Source of the DNA: Corallococcus exiguus
GTDB lineage: Bacteria; Myxococcota; Myxococcia; Myxococcales; Myxococcaceae
Length of the DNA: 64,000 nucleotides
Assembly (NCBI RefSeq): GCF_009909105.1
Contig: NZ_JAAAPK010000002.1
Location: forward strand, 221,827-285,826
Reading direction: 5' to 3'
In this document: piece by piece, positions 21,901 through 30,633 of the stretch
How positions within the stretch are numbered: position 1 is the first letter of the stretch
How the letters are laid out: each line of letters begins with the position of its first letter
Position numbers and translations under genes: made by a program
The notes under the pieces: model-generated
Seen by the model: only the letters and a program-made list of their open reading frames with translations
The model's database searches: none
Told to the model about the DNA's origin: nothing

Positions 21901-24843
21901 GGGACTGAAGGTCACCCGGAAGGGCTGGGGCCGCTTCGCACCCTTCTCGAGCACGGGCTCGGAGCTGGTGACGTTGTCCACGGAGAACGCCGTGCCGGAC
22001 GGTTCAATGTGGACATCGGTGACCTTCAGCGGCTCGGACGCGGAGATGCTGTTGCTCACGTTGAGGCTGAGGTTGACGTGGGTGCTCCGGTTCTGCTTGT
22101 GGCCGAAGTCGATCTCGCTCGCGGTGAAGATGGCGTTGGGGCCATTGGAGTTGCCCTTGACGACGAGCACGGGCGGAAGTTGCCGGTCATTCGTGGTGTA
22201 GAAACGCAGCCGCGCCTCCAGGTCGCCCGTGTTTGTCTTTGGACGGAAGAGCACCTTCACCTTGGTTTCCCCGCCCGGTTGCAGGGTCTGGGGCGGGAAG
22301 TCGACGACCTGGAACAAGGTGTTGTTGTCCTCCGGGACGACCTTCGAGAGGAACAGCGCCTGGTTGCCGCTATTGCGCAAGGTCGCTTCCTTCGTGGATT
22401 CACCTCCGGGGGCCACGTTGGGCATCACCAGCGGGTTTGTGACCAGGGTCAGCTCCGCGGCGAACGCCCGGCCGGTGATTGTCACGGGGGGCACGGCCTG
22501 CGAGGCATCCGTTTGGAGTTGGAGCGTCTTCGAATAGTTGCCCGAAGTGGTCGCGGCGAAGGTCACCGTCACCGGGGCGGTACCCCCGTTCTTCTGGACG
22601 GTCAGGCCTTCCGCCGGAATGCCAGAGATCGTGAAGGGGTCCAGGAGCCCGGATGCGACGGGGAACACCTTGATGGGCCAGTTGGTGCCGTTCGAGAGGA
22701 TCAGCTGCTGGGGCTGGGGCTGATCGCCGACGGTGTAATCAGGGAAGGTCAGCGTGCCCGTGCTGATTCCCAGGGAAGTCTTGCGCGCGGTGCCATGGAG
22801 GGGCACGTTGGACACGCAGGTCGTGGTGGGCGACGTACCGAAGGAGAGCACGCCATCCACTGCGCCGCTCTCATTGGCGCCGGGGTTGAAGGTCACGAAG
22901 AGCTCACGTGCCGCGGAGCCCGGTGCCAGGGTGAACGGCGTGGTGGGGCTCACGGAATAGGAACTGCCGCCCATCGTCACGGCGGGCGTCACCGTCAGCG
23001 CGACCGTCCCCGTGTTGGTCACCGTCACCTTCTTCTGCTCACTCCCCACGTCTCCTGCCTCCTGTTCGGCGAACTCGAACGAAAGGGGGACGATGCCCAG
23101 GCAGACATTGCCCGGCGTCTTGGCTCCGGACAGGGAGAGTTCGGGTGCGGCGGGGTCGTTGCTGGTGAAGGTGAGCTTGCCGGTCGTGGCGCTCGTCTGC
23201 GTCGGGCGGAACGTCAGCTGGAGGCGCTGGGTGTCTCCGGGCGCGAGGTTGAAGGGGCCCGAGGGATTCACCCGGAAGGGGGAGTCCTGTGGCAGCGTCA
23301 GTGCGGTCACCGTGAGCAGGCTGTCTCCGCCGTTCTTGACCGTGACCTCCTGGGGCGCGCTGTCGGTGTCGAAAGGCGTCTGCTCGAAGGCCAGCGTGGT
23401 GCGGCTCAAGACGAGCTTCGGGCTGGACGGAGTCGTGCCTGAGAGCGTTACGGATTGATCCGCGACATTGCTCTTGAAGACCAGGGTGTCGGATGGAGTC
23501 CCGGTCGGACGCGGTCGGAACGTCACTTTCAGGCGTTGGGTTCCTCCGGGGGCGATGCTGAAGGGGGCCGCGGTATCGACCCGGAAGAAGGAGTTCTGGG
23601 CCAACGCCAGTTGGGTCACGGTGAGCACACTGCCGCCTTCGTTCCGGACCGTGACTTCCTGGGGGGCACTGTCGGTGTCCAGGGGCGTCTGCGGGAAGAC
23701 CAACGCGGTGAGGCTCAGCACGAGCTTGGGCGGGATGACCGCGGGCGTGGCGCCAGACAGGGAGACGCCTGGCACGTCAGTGCCGTCGATGGTGAAGGCG
23801 AGGGTCTCGTTCCAGCTGCCCGTCACCGTTGGGCGGAACGTCAACTTCAGACGTTGGGTATCTCCCTTCGCGAGACTGAAGGGACCCACGGTGTCGACGC
23901 TGAACGGTGAGTTGGCGGGCAGCTTCAACTGGCTCACCGTGAGCAGGCCGTCGCCGTCGTTCCGAACGAGGACCTCCTGGATATCACTGGCGGTGTTCAC
24001 AGGCGTCTGCGCGAAGGCCACCGCGGTGCGGCTCAAAACGAGCTTCGCGGGGGACAGCCCCTCACCCGTGAGCAAGGCGTATGGCGGAGTGGGGCACACG
24101 GCGGACGCGGTCGTCAGGAAGAGCGCGCTCGAGCGGGGGCCCAGGTGGTCAACGGTCAGGGGGTTGAAGCTCACCTCGAGCGTCGTCGAGCTCGCGGGCG
24201 GGATGGTCACCGAGGTGTTGGACACACTGAAGGGGGCGGTGGCGGAAGGCTCCATCGTGAAGTTCACAGTGCCCAGGTTCATCACCGTGACGCTTCTCGA
24301 TGTCGAAGACCCCAATTCATGGGCGCCGAACGCCACGGACGTTTGTCCGAGGACGATCAGTGGGCCCGAGGCCTTTCCTTCAAGCTCCACGACAATCGTC
24401 GGGGCGGCTGGATCATTCGTGTGCAGCGTCAGCGTGCCGCGGAAGGTACCGGGCTGGAGCGGCGAGAATCCGAACCGCACGGTCATGGCTTCCGTGCTGC
24501 TCACGGGCGTGATCGGGACGGAGCAGTTGGTTTCACAGCGGTTGGCCGCCGTGTCGTACAGGCCGTTGAAGGTGAAGGCCCCGGTGACGCTCACCCGGTA
24601 GATCGTGAGCGCCGTGCTGCCGGTGTTGAACAGCTTGATGGAGTCCTGCTGCGGCGAACAGGAAGGCTGTTCGCCGAAGTCGATGGAGGTGTCCGACACG
24701 CTGAGCCCAGGCGTGCCAGTCGCGGGTAGCAACGCCTCGATGGGGGCCTGGGTGGTGCCGAGCTCCGGCGGTTTCTCCGATTCAGGACCGCAGGCAGTGA
24801 GGACGCACAGTGCAGCCGTCAGGATGAGCAGGATGCGTTGCAT
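18994..24843 (-). CDS. giant (1949 aa) cell-surface lipoprotein with tandem Ig-like/ASH (choice-of-anchor-D-type) repeats and C-terminal MYXO-CTERM sorting signal
   Basis: Lipoprotein signal MQRILLILTAALCVLTACG. At least 3 near-identical 100-aa repeats (LVLSRTAVAFAQTP...TFRPT) plus many degenerate beta-sandwich repeats. C-terminus GGGCACGTSGDGGAALALLLLLGLGLARQGRR is a Cys-rich motif plus TM plus Arg tail, typical of MYXO-CTERM. Starts 10 nt after the tssJ-like stop. Confidence 0.75.
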   Translation of the reverse strand: MQRILLILTAALCVLTACGPESEKPPELGTTQAPIEALLPATGTPGLSVSDTSIDFGEQPSCSPQQDSIKLFNTGSTALTIYRVSVTGAFTFNGLYDTAANRCETNCSVPITPVSSTEAMTVRFGFSPLQPGTFRGTLTLHTNDPAAPTIVVELEGKASGPLIVLGQTSVAFGAHELGSSTSRSVTVMNLGTVNFTMEPSATAPFSVSNTSVTIPPASSTTLEVSFNPLTVDHLGPRSSALFLTTASAVCPTPPYALLTGEGLSPAKLVLSRTAVAFAQTPVNTASDIQEVLVRNDGDGLLTVSQLKLPANSPFSVDTVGPFSLAKGDTQRLKLTFRPTVTGSWNETLAFTIDGTDVPGVSLSGATPAVIPPKLVLSLTALVFPQTPLDTDSAPQEVTVRNEGGSVLTVTQLALAQNSFFRVDTAAPFSIAPGGTQRLKVTFRPRPTGTPSDTLVFKSNVADQSVTLSGTTPSSPKLVLSRTTLAFEQTPFDTDSAPQEVTVKNGGDSLLTVTALTLPQDSPFRVNPSGPFNLAPGDTQRLQLTFRPTQTSATTGKLTFTSNDPAAPELSLSGAKTPGNVCLGIVPLSFEFAEQEAGDVGSEQKKVTVTNTGTVALTVTPAVTMGGSSYSVSPTTPFTLAPGSAARELFVTFNPGANESGAVDGVLSFGTSPTTTCVSNVPLHGTARKTSLGISTGTLTFPDYTVGDQPQPQQLILSNGTNWPIKVFPVASGLLDPFTISGIPAEGLTVQKNGGTAPVTVTFAATTSGNYSKTLQLQTDASQAVPPVTITGRAFAAELTLVTNPLVMPNVAPGGESTKEATLRNSGNQALFLSKVVPEDNNTLFQVVDFPPQTLQPGGETKVKVLFRPKTNTGDLEARLRFYTTNDRQLPPVLVVKGNSNGPNAIFTASEIDFGHKQNRSTHVNLSLNVSNSISASEPLKVTDVHIEPSGTAFSVDNVTSSEPVLEKGAKRPQPFRVTFSPNIEDQEYEASLEITYRGTLSNIETKRSFPLQGTGAEAKFSTSLAAVVFPATQPGGSLMLPVDIINTGLVEVDLAEVATSVGTFNIDLIGGSNSTIPVNGTRKIEITFVPQRPGNYFGDLELAAKAPATARLIVKLSGVAAVAQLQMNKNQLVFNDIPRLSSSTQTVTLTNIGSAPLTITNATGSGPFTARLQNNQQFPVTIERNVPLQLDVTFRPESALEVTGAVHVLSNSNESTDQTITVSGRGTIPVLALPGGTPEFAPQAITVEGDPQPVVVKNEGKAPLVIYSVSVPDQFCLRVDTQKTAVCPSTLSPVVPAFTVEPGAAHAFYVTAKPTQLLKIERNLVISSNADPSSTVVKLIVDGVGGVSLSPSTIDFGRVNFGSSLEKTVTVNNTGITDANISVTIPAGNSEFSVQETLPKVPANGSATVKLRFTPQGSTGGLRTAKATVRVEASSQLPLELTLQGTATLARLAVARRDGQTFDGSLDFGGTRVNATSEGIGLRLTHVAPAGSPDAGSGSEANTLTVKEISLEAEDARVFILQKPTLPLALTPGGSLDVSIQFRPDAQRRFNADLRITSEDSQASTMLVKLGGQGRTSQLSLSTPTLEFGARVAESSASAIRFVKLTNESLQPLVVRGLEIIAASENSEPSHFSLDSAPTLPFTLAAQESKDVFVKYVPRPDVTSKANLLVVTNDLESPEAQVSLSGRGLSTVFRALNRTVDFGTVRQAEPATTKVVLTNDTTQELVVMPPKVEGPQATNFVVVSPVLGAEGRALPQGDSLTLDLKYDTSVIGASKATLVLGTKDQERAALVALSGISVASFLTIEPMELDLGWVDIGATSTARTVTLTNQSASPARLSVVENTNPAFVIDASALDAELAPGAQTTVSVTFHGEVGGPAEGTLKLRLRGETTTEASLTLKAQARTLGGTGGGCACGTSGDGGAALALLLLLGLGLARQGRRAQSQQERVS
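23150..24045 (-). repeat. three tandem ~300-bp intragenic repeats (protein-domain repeats) within the giant surface-protein gene
   Basis: Both DNA and protein level: LVLSRTAVAFAQTPVNTASDIQEVLVRNDGDG..., LVLSLTALVFPQTPLDTDSAPQEVTVRNEGGS..., LVLSRTTLAFEQTPFDTDSAPQEVTVKNGGDS.... Coordinates approximate. Confidence 0.6.
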
Positions 24844-24852
24844 GAGGCGACC

Positions 24853-25365
24853 TCAGTTCTCGGCGTGGAGGGCCGGGGCCTTGGCGGTGGAGGAGGGTGG
24901 GGGCTTCGGGGCGGCGGGCGGTTCGGGCGGCTTCGCCGCGTCGTCGCCTTCCTTGGGGGCCGCAGGCTGGGTGCCCGTGCGGATGCGGCCTTCCAGCAGT
25001 TCGATTTCCAGGGAGCCGGGCGCGGGCGTGTTCACGAACTGCTGCCAGGTCCCGTCCGGGGCGGTGAAGAGGAACGACACCGCCACCGGCGTGTTGTCCG
25101 GCAGCGGCACCTTCATGCGCTGCAACCTGCCCGGATAGATGACCTCCGAGAGCAGCACGTCCGCGTCCGGCTGGAAGATGCGCGCGGACACCTCACCGTA
25201 GGACTCCACGGCGAACTGCTTCGGATCGACCTTGCGCACCAGCATGTACATCGGCCGGCCCTGGTTCGTCCCTGAGGGGGCCTTCACGCTCAGGTGCAGC
25301 GTGCTCGGCTGACACGCGGCCAGGAAACACAACGCCAGGGGGATGCAGCCTGCCCACGGTTTCAT
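24853..25365 (-). CDS. tssJ: TssJ-like type VI secretion outer-membrane lipoprotein
   Basis: 170 aa, lipoprotein signal (LALCFLAAC). Size and position immediately downstream of tssM with 4-nt overlap. Beta-rich body followed by a Pro/Ala-rich tail. Assigned by context and size more than motif. Confidence 0.5.
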   Translation of the reverse strand: MKPWAGCIPLALCFLAACQPSTLHLSVKAPSGTNQGRPMYMLVRKVDPKQFAVESYGEVSARIFQPDADVLLSEVIYPGRLQRMKVPLPDNTPVAVSFLFTAPDGTWQQFVNTPAPGSLEIELLEGRIRTGTQPAAPKEGDDAAKPPEPPAAPKPPPSSTAKAPALHAEN

Positions 25366-28300
25366 CGCGGCACCTCGCGGAACGGGATCCAGGGCTCACC
25401 CTTGAGCCCGACGCGCAGCTCCATCACCCCGTCCGGGGGCGTGGCGGCTCGCGCTCTCAACGACCACTTGCGGTGCTGCGGGTCTTCCGTGGCCTGGGAT
25501 GACTCCAGCAGCCGGAAGCAGCTCCACGCCGAACGCGACTTCTCCAGCGACGCGTACTGCACCGCCTGCTCCGTGGGCGCACGCAACTCCAGCATCAGCG
25601 ACGCCGTCTGCTGGTCCCACCACGCCAGCGGGAACTCCTGCCACGACGGACTCTGGTTGTACGCGAGGAACGTCGTCTTGCCGCACTTGAGCGAACCCAG
25701 CGTCACGAAGCTGCCCGGTACGGGCGCCTTCGGCAGCGGCAGCGGCATCACCTGCAACATCAGCGGCCGGGGCCTGCCCTCCGCGTCCCACAGCACGCGG
25801 GCCAGCCGCGACAGCTTCCCCAAGGAGGGCAACATCCCCTGCGGGAACGCCAGCCGCGACTGGAGCGCGCTTCGCGGTACCCACTCCGAGCCTCGCTCCT
25901 CGCACACCGGTGTCAGCACCCGAGTCACGAAGTCCCAGAAGGCTCCGTCGAGCCGGCGCAGCACCTCCAGGTCTTCCTGCGCCACCTCCTGCGACGCGTC
26001 CGGCGTGAACGGATAGTGCTTCAGCAGCGGACGCAGGAACCGGCCCGAGGCCTCGTCCCACTGCCGCTCCAGGGTTCGTTCAATCTCCCGCTGGCCCAGC
26101 TCGCGCACCGCGAGGAACGGCTGGCGGAAGGGCTGCCGCAGCTCTCCGATGAGCCCCTGCTGGTCCAGCCACGCGTCCACCTTGCGCAGGTAGGACGTGT
26201 CGTCCTCCATCATCATCGCGAAGGCCAGCCTCCCCAGCGGCGTGAGCAGCTCCTGGAGCTTCGCGGCCCCGCCGGCCGGCTGAGCGCTGCCAGTGGCCAG
26301 GCCTCCCGTGAGCGACGCTGTCGCCTCCGCGGGCACCATGCCCGGACGGGGCACCGCGTTCAGCTCGTCCGACATCTGGGCCACCAGCGCCCGGTAGGGG
26401 TTGAGCGCCGTGTAGTTGCCCGTCTCGTCCGGCTTCATCACCGTGGCGATGGGCTTGAAGGGCGCCACCGCGTTGCGCAGGGATTCGTAGAAGGGCCCCT
26501 CCAACGGCTCCAGCGCCACGCTCTGGGCGACGTCGCGCAGCATGTCCACCAGGTCCGAGGACGGCTGCGTGAGACGCGACAGCTCCTCCGCCAGGAGCGC
26601 GGGAATCACCGCCTGGAAGCGGTAGCCGCCCACGCGCTGGAACAGGCGGTTGCGGTACTGGACCGCGAACTGGTTCACCTTGCGGCGCACGTGCTCGTGG
26701 CGCTGCAACACCTCCTCCACCGGCAGCCCCGAACCCTTGATGCGCGTGGTGAACTCATCCACCAGCGGGCGCAACCGCGTGTCGAATTCCAGCCGGTCCG
26801 ATGCCAGGCTCGCGCCGCTCCGCGCCGCCACCGCCTCCTCGCCCTCCACCACGCCAAAGGGCATGCGCCCCGTCTTCTCGTGGTAGCGCAAGAGCGCCTG
26901 GTGCAGGAGCCGCGAGCTGTCCTTGGGCCGGAACTCGAAGGTGCTCTGGAGCACCGGGACCTGGAGCACCGAGGGGCCGTTGCCCGGCAGCCACAGGCCG
27001 TCGCGCACCAGCAGCTCCGCCACGTTCATCTTCTGAACCGCCTTCACGCCCAGGAAGGCCTCTTCCTCCATGCGCAGCACGTTCGTCAGCACTTCGCGGT
27101 GGTCGTTGATCCACGCCACCGTCCTGATGGTGGAGGGGATGCCCCGGAAGCGGCTGGTGTCCACTCGCGCCTCGGAGGCGGCCAGGAGCTCCAGCGCGCG
27201 CGGCAGACTGCTAAAGCGCGCGCTGTCATCCAGCAGCGTCTGGAGCCTCCGTCGCTCGTCCTGCATGGACTCCAGCTCCGCGTCCAGCTGCTCCAGCGCG
27301 CGCGGCTCCACGGCCCGGTTCGCCAGCAGGTCCTGCAACCGCCGCAGGTGCGCCTGCCACGGCATCAACTGGGACTCCTGCGTGAGCGGCTCCGGGTAGG
27401 GCCAGCGCGCCCAGCTGGCTTCGGGCGTGTCCGGCGCGGACCACGGCGGATTGCTCATGACGACGTAGTCGGCCACCAGGGAGTCGTTCAGCCCCACCGC
27501 CGTCACCCACGAGCGCCCTCCCTCCAACGCCGCCGCGTCCGCGGCAGGCTCCGCCGAGCCGTCCTCCGACACGAAGCCCCAGTTCGGACGCGTCTTCAGG
27601 CTGGACAGCACCAGTTGGCCCAGCGGCTCCTCGCGCGAACCGTGCAACGCGGCCAGCAGGTAGACGACCTGCTCCGGACGGCACGTGTCCGGCTGGCGGT
27701 GGCACTTCTCCAGGGCGGGCCGGATGTGGGCCTCGCGGATGCCTCGCGCCAGGCGTTGGCGCAGGTCCTCTCGCGCGTCGGTGAAGCTGTAGCGCAACAG
27801 CGGCCACGTGTTCATGGCCCGCCACAACGAGTCCAGAGAGTGGCCCGCGGCGACCACCGGTTCCTGCACCGCGGCCCCGGACACCTCCTGCCCCTGGTCG
27901 CGGATGCGCTGGACCATCTCCTCGAAGCGCTGCACGCGTGTGCGCGCCTGGCCCAGCCTCCACGCGAAGTGCCCGTACACGGCCAGGAGCGGCAGCGCGC
28001 ACGCCAGCCCCAGCAGCACCGCCCGGCGCAGGTGGATGTGCAGGTAGCGCTCGTGGACCGCTTTCGCCGTGCTGGCCTCGGCGGACACCGAGAGGACGTC
28101 AGGGTCCCTCGTGTCCTTGTCCGCGGACGACAGCGACACCGTGGCGAGCCGGGGCGCATACGCCAGCGTCTGGCCCTCCATCAGCGCCGTCACGAAGCGC
28201 GACAGCGCCTCGAAAGGGGCGTGGCCCTCCGAATAGAAGTGCTCCAGCCGTTCGAAGGACTCCACCGGAAGCGACGTGAGACCCAGCGCCAGGTAGTGCT

Positions 28301-29063
28301 CCTGCGCCTTGAGCAGCGAGCCCACCTGTCCCTCCTGGCCCGACGGGGGCAGGGGGAAGCGCAGCGGCACGTGGTAGGCGCGCAAGAGCTTCGCGAAGTC
28401 CGCGTAGCCCTCCCGCTCATCCAGGTGGGTGAGGCACAGGCGCGTCTCCAGCTCGCCCCCGCGCACCTCCGACAACAGGTTGAGCCTGCCTCGCAACAGC
28501 TGCGCCGCGCGGCGCACCTCGTCCGGGGGCGTGTCCTGCAGCCAGCGCGCGTCCAGCACCAGCACCGCCAGCGCCTGCTGGCCGCTGCCGAAGCTGTCCT
28601 TCCACAGCCGGCGCAGCGCCTCTCGCGCCTGGGGCGACTCGTCCTCCACGAGCTGCGCGGACAGCTCCTGGGCCACCACGTCCGCGCCCAGGTAGATCTG
28701 GAGCAGCGAGTCCGTGAGGAGGCTGGGCAGGAACTGCCGCGCCTGCCGCTTCCAGTCCAGGTCCAGCTCGATGAGCCGCGACTTGCCCGCGCCCGCAGGG
28801 CCCAGCACCACCACACCTGGCAGGTCCCGTACCGCCACGCGGTGGCGCAGCGGCAGCCCGGCCAGGAACTTCTCGCGCACCTTGCGCAGCCGGTTCTTCG
28901 CCAGGGGCTCCGGCGCGGCGGCCCCTCCGGCCGGCGTGCTCTTGCGCTTCGCGCGCCACACGAGGAACAGCGGCACGAAGAGGGCCAGCAGCGCCAGGAG
29001 GATCAGCGCGTACGGCTTCCACTTCGGCGGAATGAACGCCGTCAGCTTCTTGAGGACATCCAT
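25362..29063 (-). CDS. tssM: type VI secretion membrane-complex protein TssM (IcmF-like)
   Basis: 1233 aa. N-terminal TM helices, then Walker A VVVLGPAGAGKSRL and IcmF-like architecture, a long periplasmic C-terminal domain. Upstream tssL-tssK synteny. Confidence 0.85.
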   Translation of the reverse strand: MDVLKKLTAFIPPKWKPYALILLALLALFVPLFLVWRAKRKSTPAGGAAAPEPLAKNRLRKVREKFLAGLPLRHRVAVRDLPGVVVLGPAGAGKSRLIELDLDWKRQARQFLPSLLTDSLLQIYLGADVVAQELSAQLVEDESPQAREALRRLWKDSFGSGQQALAVLVLDARWLQDTPPDEVRRAAQLLRGRLNLLSEVRGGELETRLCLTHLDEREGYADFAKLLRAYHVPLRFPLPPSGQEGQVGSLLKAQEHYLALGLTSLPVESFERLEHFYSEGHAPFEALSRFVTALMEGQTLAYAPRLATVSLSSADKDTRDPDVLSVSAEASTAKAVHERYLHIHLRRAVLLGLACALPLLAVYGHFAWRLGQARTRVQRFEEMVQRIRDQGQEVSGAAVQEPVVAAGHSLDSLWRAMNTWPLLRYSFTDAREDLRQRLARGIREAHIRPALEKCHRQPDTCRPEQVVYLLAALHGSREEPLGQLVLSSLKTRPNWGFVSEDGSAEPAADAAALEGGRSWVTAVGLNDSLVADYVVMSNPPWSAPDTPEASWARWPYPEPLTQESQLMPWQAHLRRLQDLLANRAVEPRALEQLDAELESMQDERRRLQTLLDDSARFSSLPRALELLAASEARVDTSRFRGIPSTIRTVAWINDHREVLTNVLRMEEEAFLGVKAVQKMNVAELLVRDGLWLPGNGPSVLQVPVLQSTFEFRPKDSSRLLHQALLRYHEKTGRMPFGVVEGEEAVAARSGASLASDRLEFDTRLRPLVDEFTTRIKGSGLPVEEVLQRHEHVRRKVNQFAVQYRNRLFQRVGGYRFQAVIPALLAEELSRLTQPSSDLVDMLRDVAQSVALEPLEGPFYESLRNAVAPFKPIATVMKPDETGNYTALNPYRALVAQMSDELNAVPRPGMVPAEATASLTGGLATGSAQPAGGAAKLQELLTPLGRLAFAMMMEDDTSYLRKVDAWLDQQGLIGELRQPFRQPFLAVRELGQREIERTLERQWDEASGRFLRPLLKHYPFTPDASQEVAQEDLEVLRRLDGAFWDFVTRVLTPVCEERGSEWVPRSALQSRLAFPQGMLPSLGKLSRLARVLWDAEGRPRPLMLQVMPLPLPKAPVPGSFVTLGSLKCGKTTFLAYNQSPSWQEFPLAWWDQQTASLMLELRAPTEQAVQYASLEKSRSAWSCFRLLESSQATEDPQHRKWSLRARAATPPDGVMELRVGLKGEPWIPFREVPR

Positions 29064-29066
29064 GGT

Positions 29067-29405
29067 TCAGCGCTCCCCCCAGCCCAGGACGCGCCCAGCC
29101 CGGCCCGAGCGATGCAGGGCCTCCAGGACGTCCTCCAACGTGTCCACCATGCCCGCGAACGACGCGCGCGCCTTCTCCTGCTCCTCCGGTGACAACCGCG
29201 CGTCACCCGGCCCCGGCATCAGGCGCGCCAGCGTCTGGCCCAGCTCGTCCAGCATGGGTTCCAGGCCAAAGGTCCCGACCCCCAGGCGCGCGGCGATGAG
29301 CCGCCGCACCTCCTGGAGCAGGGCGGGCGCGGCGTCGATGGGGGGCGCGGGCGGAGCCTGGGGGGCCGCTTGTGGCTTCACCGGGTCACCCACCAGAGCA
29401 GGCAC
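29067..29405 (-). CDS. small hypothetical protein between tssL and tssM (112 aa; start uncertain)
   Basis: ORF overlaps tssL 3' end by about 28 nt and ends 4 nt before the tssM start. Ala/Pro-rich N-terminus. Could be a real accessory gene or a frame artefact. Confidence 0.3.
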   Translation of the reverse strand: MPALVGDPVKPQAAPQAPPAPPIDAAPALLQEVRRLIAARLGVGTFGLEPMLDELGQTLARLMPGPGDARLSPEEQEKARASFAGMVDTLEDVLEALHRSGRAGRVLGWGER

Positions 29406-30016
29406 TGCAGCCCCAGCACGCTCGCGGCGCTGATGGCGTAGTAGCGGGCGGGAAAGGCGTAGAGCAACGGCCCAAGGGACTCGCCGGACGCGGCGGAGGC
29501 GGGCGCTGGCGGGGGCGTGACGATGCGCGCGGACAGCCGCTCCTGGTACTCACGCAGCTTCGCCGTATGGCCCAGGTAGCGGCCTCCGAAGCCCGCCGTG
29601 ATGCAGAAGTGGAGCATCTCGAAGAGCAGCGCGGGCGAGCCCGGCTGATCCAGGCGCTGATCCGCCAGCGTGTAGAAGGCCTCACCGCCGCCGTCCTCGC
29701 CGAAGAGGCGGTACTGCAACAGCGGCCACAGCGGCTGCTCCGAGTCCGCGAGCCGCAGGAGGACGCGCTCGTCCACCAGGTACGTGAAGGGCCTCAGCGC
29801 GTCCTGCACCTCCTCGTCGCGGGCGTGGGCGCCCAGGCCCGCGCGCAGCCGCTCAATCACCTCCAAGAGCTCGTCGTGGAGCCTGCGCAGGCCCTCGCGG
29901 CCCAAGAGCCCCGCCGCCGCGGCCGACCCGGGCGCGGCCTGCGGCAGCCACCCGTCCAATACGGACTGGGCCTGCCGGTACTGCGTGAAGACGACCTGCC
30001 AGTGCTCGAGCTTCAT
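29378..30016 (-). CDS. tssL: type VI secretion membrane-complex protein TssL (DotU-like)
   Basis: Start at internal Met MKLEHWQVVFTQYRQAQSVLDGW (ATG 30016; ORF table begins at 30364 in low-complexity sequence). DotU-family N-terminal domain features (FYTLADQRLDQ...FCITAGFGGRY) and C-terminal TM segment (ISAASVLGLQCLLWWV). Confidence 0.7.
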   Translation of the reverse strand: MKLEHWQVVFTQYRQAQSVLDGWLPQAAPGSAAAAGLLGREGLRRLHDELLEVIERLRAGLGAHARDEEVQDALRPFTYLVDERVLLRLADSEQPLWPLLQYRLFGEDGGGEAFYTLADQRLDQPGSPALLFEMLHFCITAGFGGRYLGHTAKLREYQERLSARIVTPPPAPASAASGESLGPLLYAFPARYYAISAASVLGLQCLLWWVTR

Positions 30017-30027
30017 CGCGCCCCCCG

Positions 30028-30606
30028 TCAGCCCACGTTCACCATGCCGCCCTTGATTTCCGCCATGCCGTCCGCCTTGAGCGCCAGCTGCGCCTTGGCG
30101 GTCACCTTCACCTGCGGCCCCTCCATGGCGATGTCCTTCTTGCCCTCCGCCTTGACGGACGGGGCATTCAGGGAGAGCACTCCGCTCTTGGCCTCCAGCT
30201 GGACGTCGGCGCCCTCCACGCTGAACAGCTTCGCGGCCTTCATCGTCACGGCCTTGTCCGAGGAGAGAGTCGCGTCCTTGGTCGCCGTCTGCGTCAGCTC
30301 GTCCTTCGTGGTGACCGTGAAGGCCTTGGCGCTCTCCAGCGCGAACGTGTCGTCGCTCTTCCACGACGAAGCCTTCGTGGACGTCACCTCGATGGTCTCC
30401 GCCTTCAGCACGAAGGACTTGCAGGTCACCGTGACGCTGTCCTGCTTCTGCACGATGGTGCTGGTTGCGCTGTCACCCTTCACCTCCAGGGTGATGGACT
30501 CACCGTCCATCTTCACCGTCTGGAGGATCTTCCCGTCCTTGTCCTCCGTGGTGAGGGTGAGGCCCTTCTCCTTGTCCATGTCGATGATGCAGATGAGCTT
30601 GGGCAT
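30028..30606 (-). CDS. Lys/Thr-rich all-beta protein resembling the C-terminal beta-helix (gp5/VgrG DUF2345-like) spike domain
   Basis: 192 aa, no signal peptide. Alternating polar/hydrophobic beta-strand periodicity throughout. C-terminal ...LEAKSGVLSLNAPSVKAEGKKDIAMEGPQVKVTAKAQLALKADGMAEIKGGMVNVG resembles the terminal ...ITL..DG.I.I.G..I.I.AG segments of VgrG/gp5 beta-helices. Functional call is tentative. Confidence 0.4.
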   Translation of the reverse strand: MPKLICIIDMDKEKGLTLTTEDKDGKILQTVKMDGESITLEVKGDSATSTIVQKQDSVTVTCKSFVLKAETIEVTSTKASSWKSDDTFALESAKAFTVTTKDELTQTATKDATLSSDKAVTMKAAKLFSVEGADVQLEAKSGVLSLNAPSVKAEGKKDIAMEGPQVKVTAKAQLALKADGMAEIKGGMVNVG

Positions 30607-30633
30607 GCGCGCCGTTCCCCCGTCGGTCCGCCG

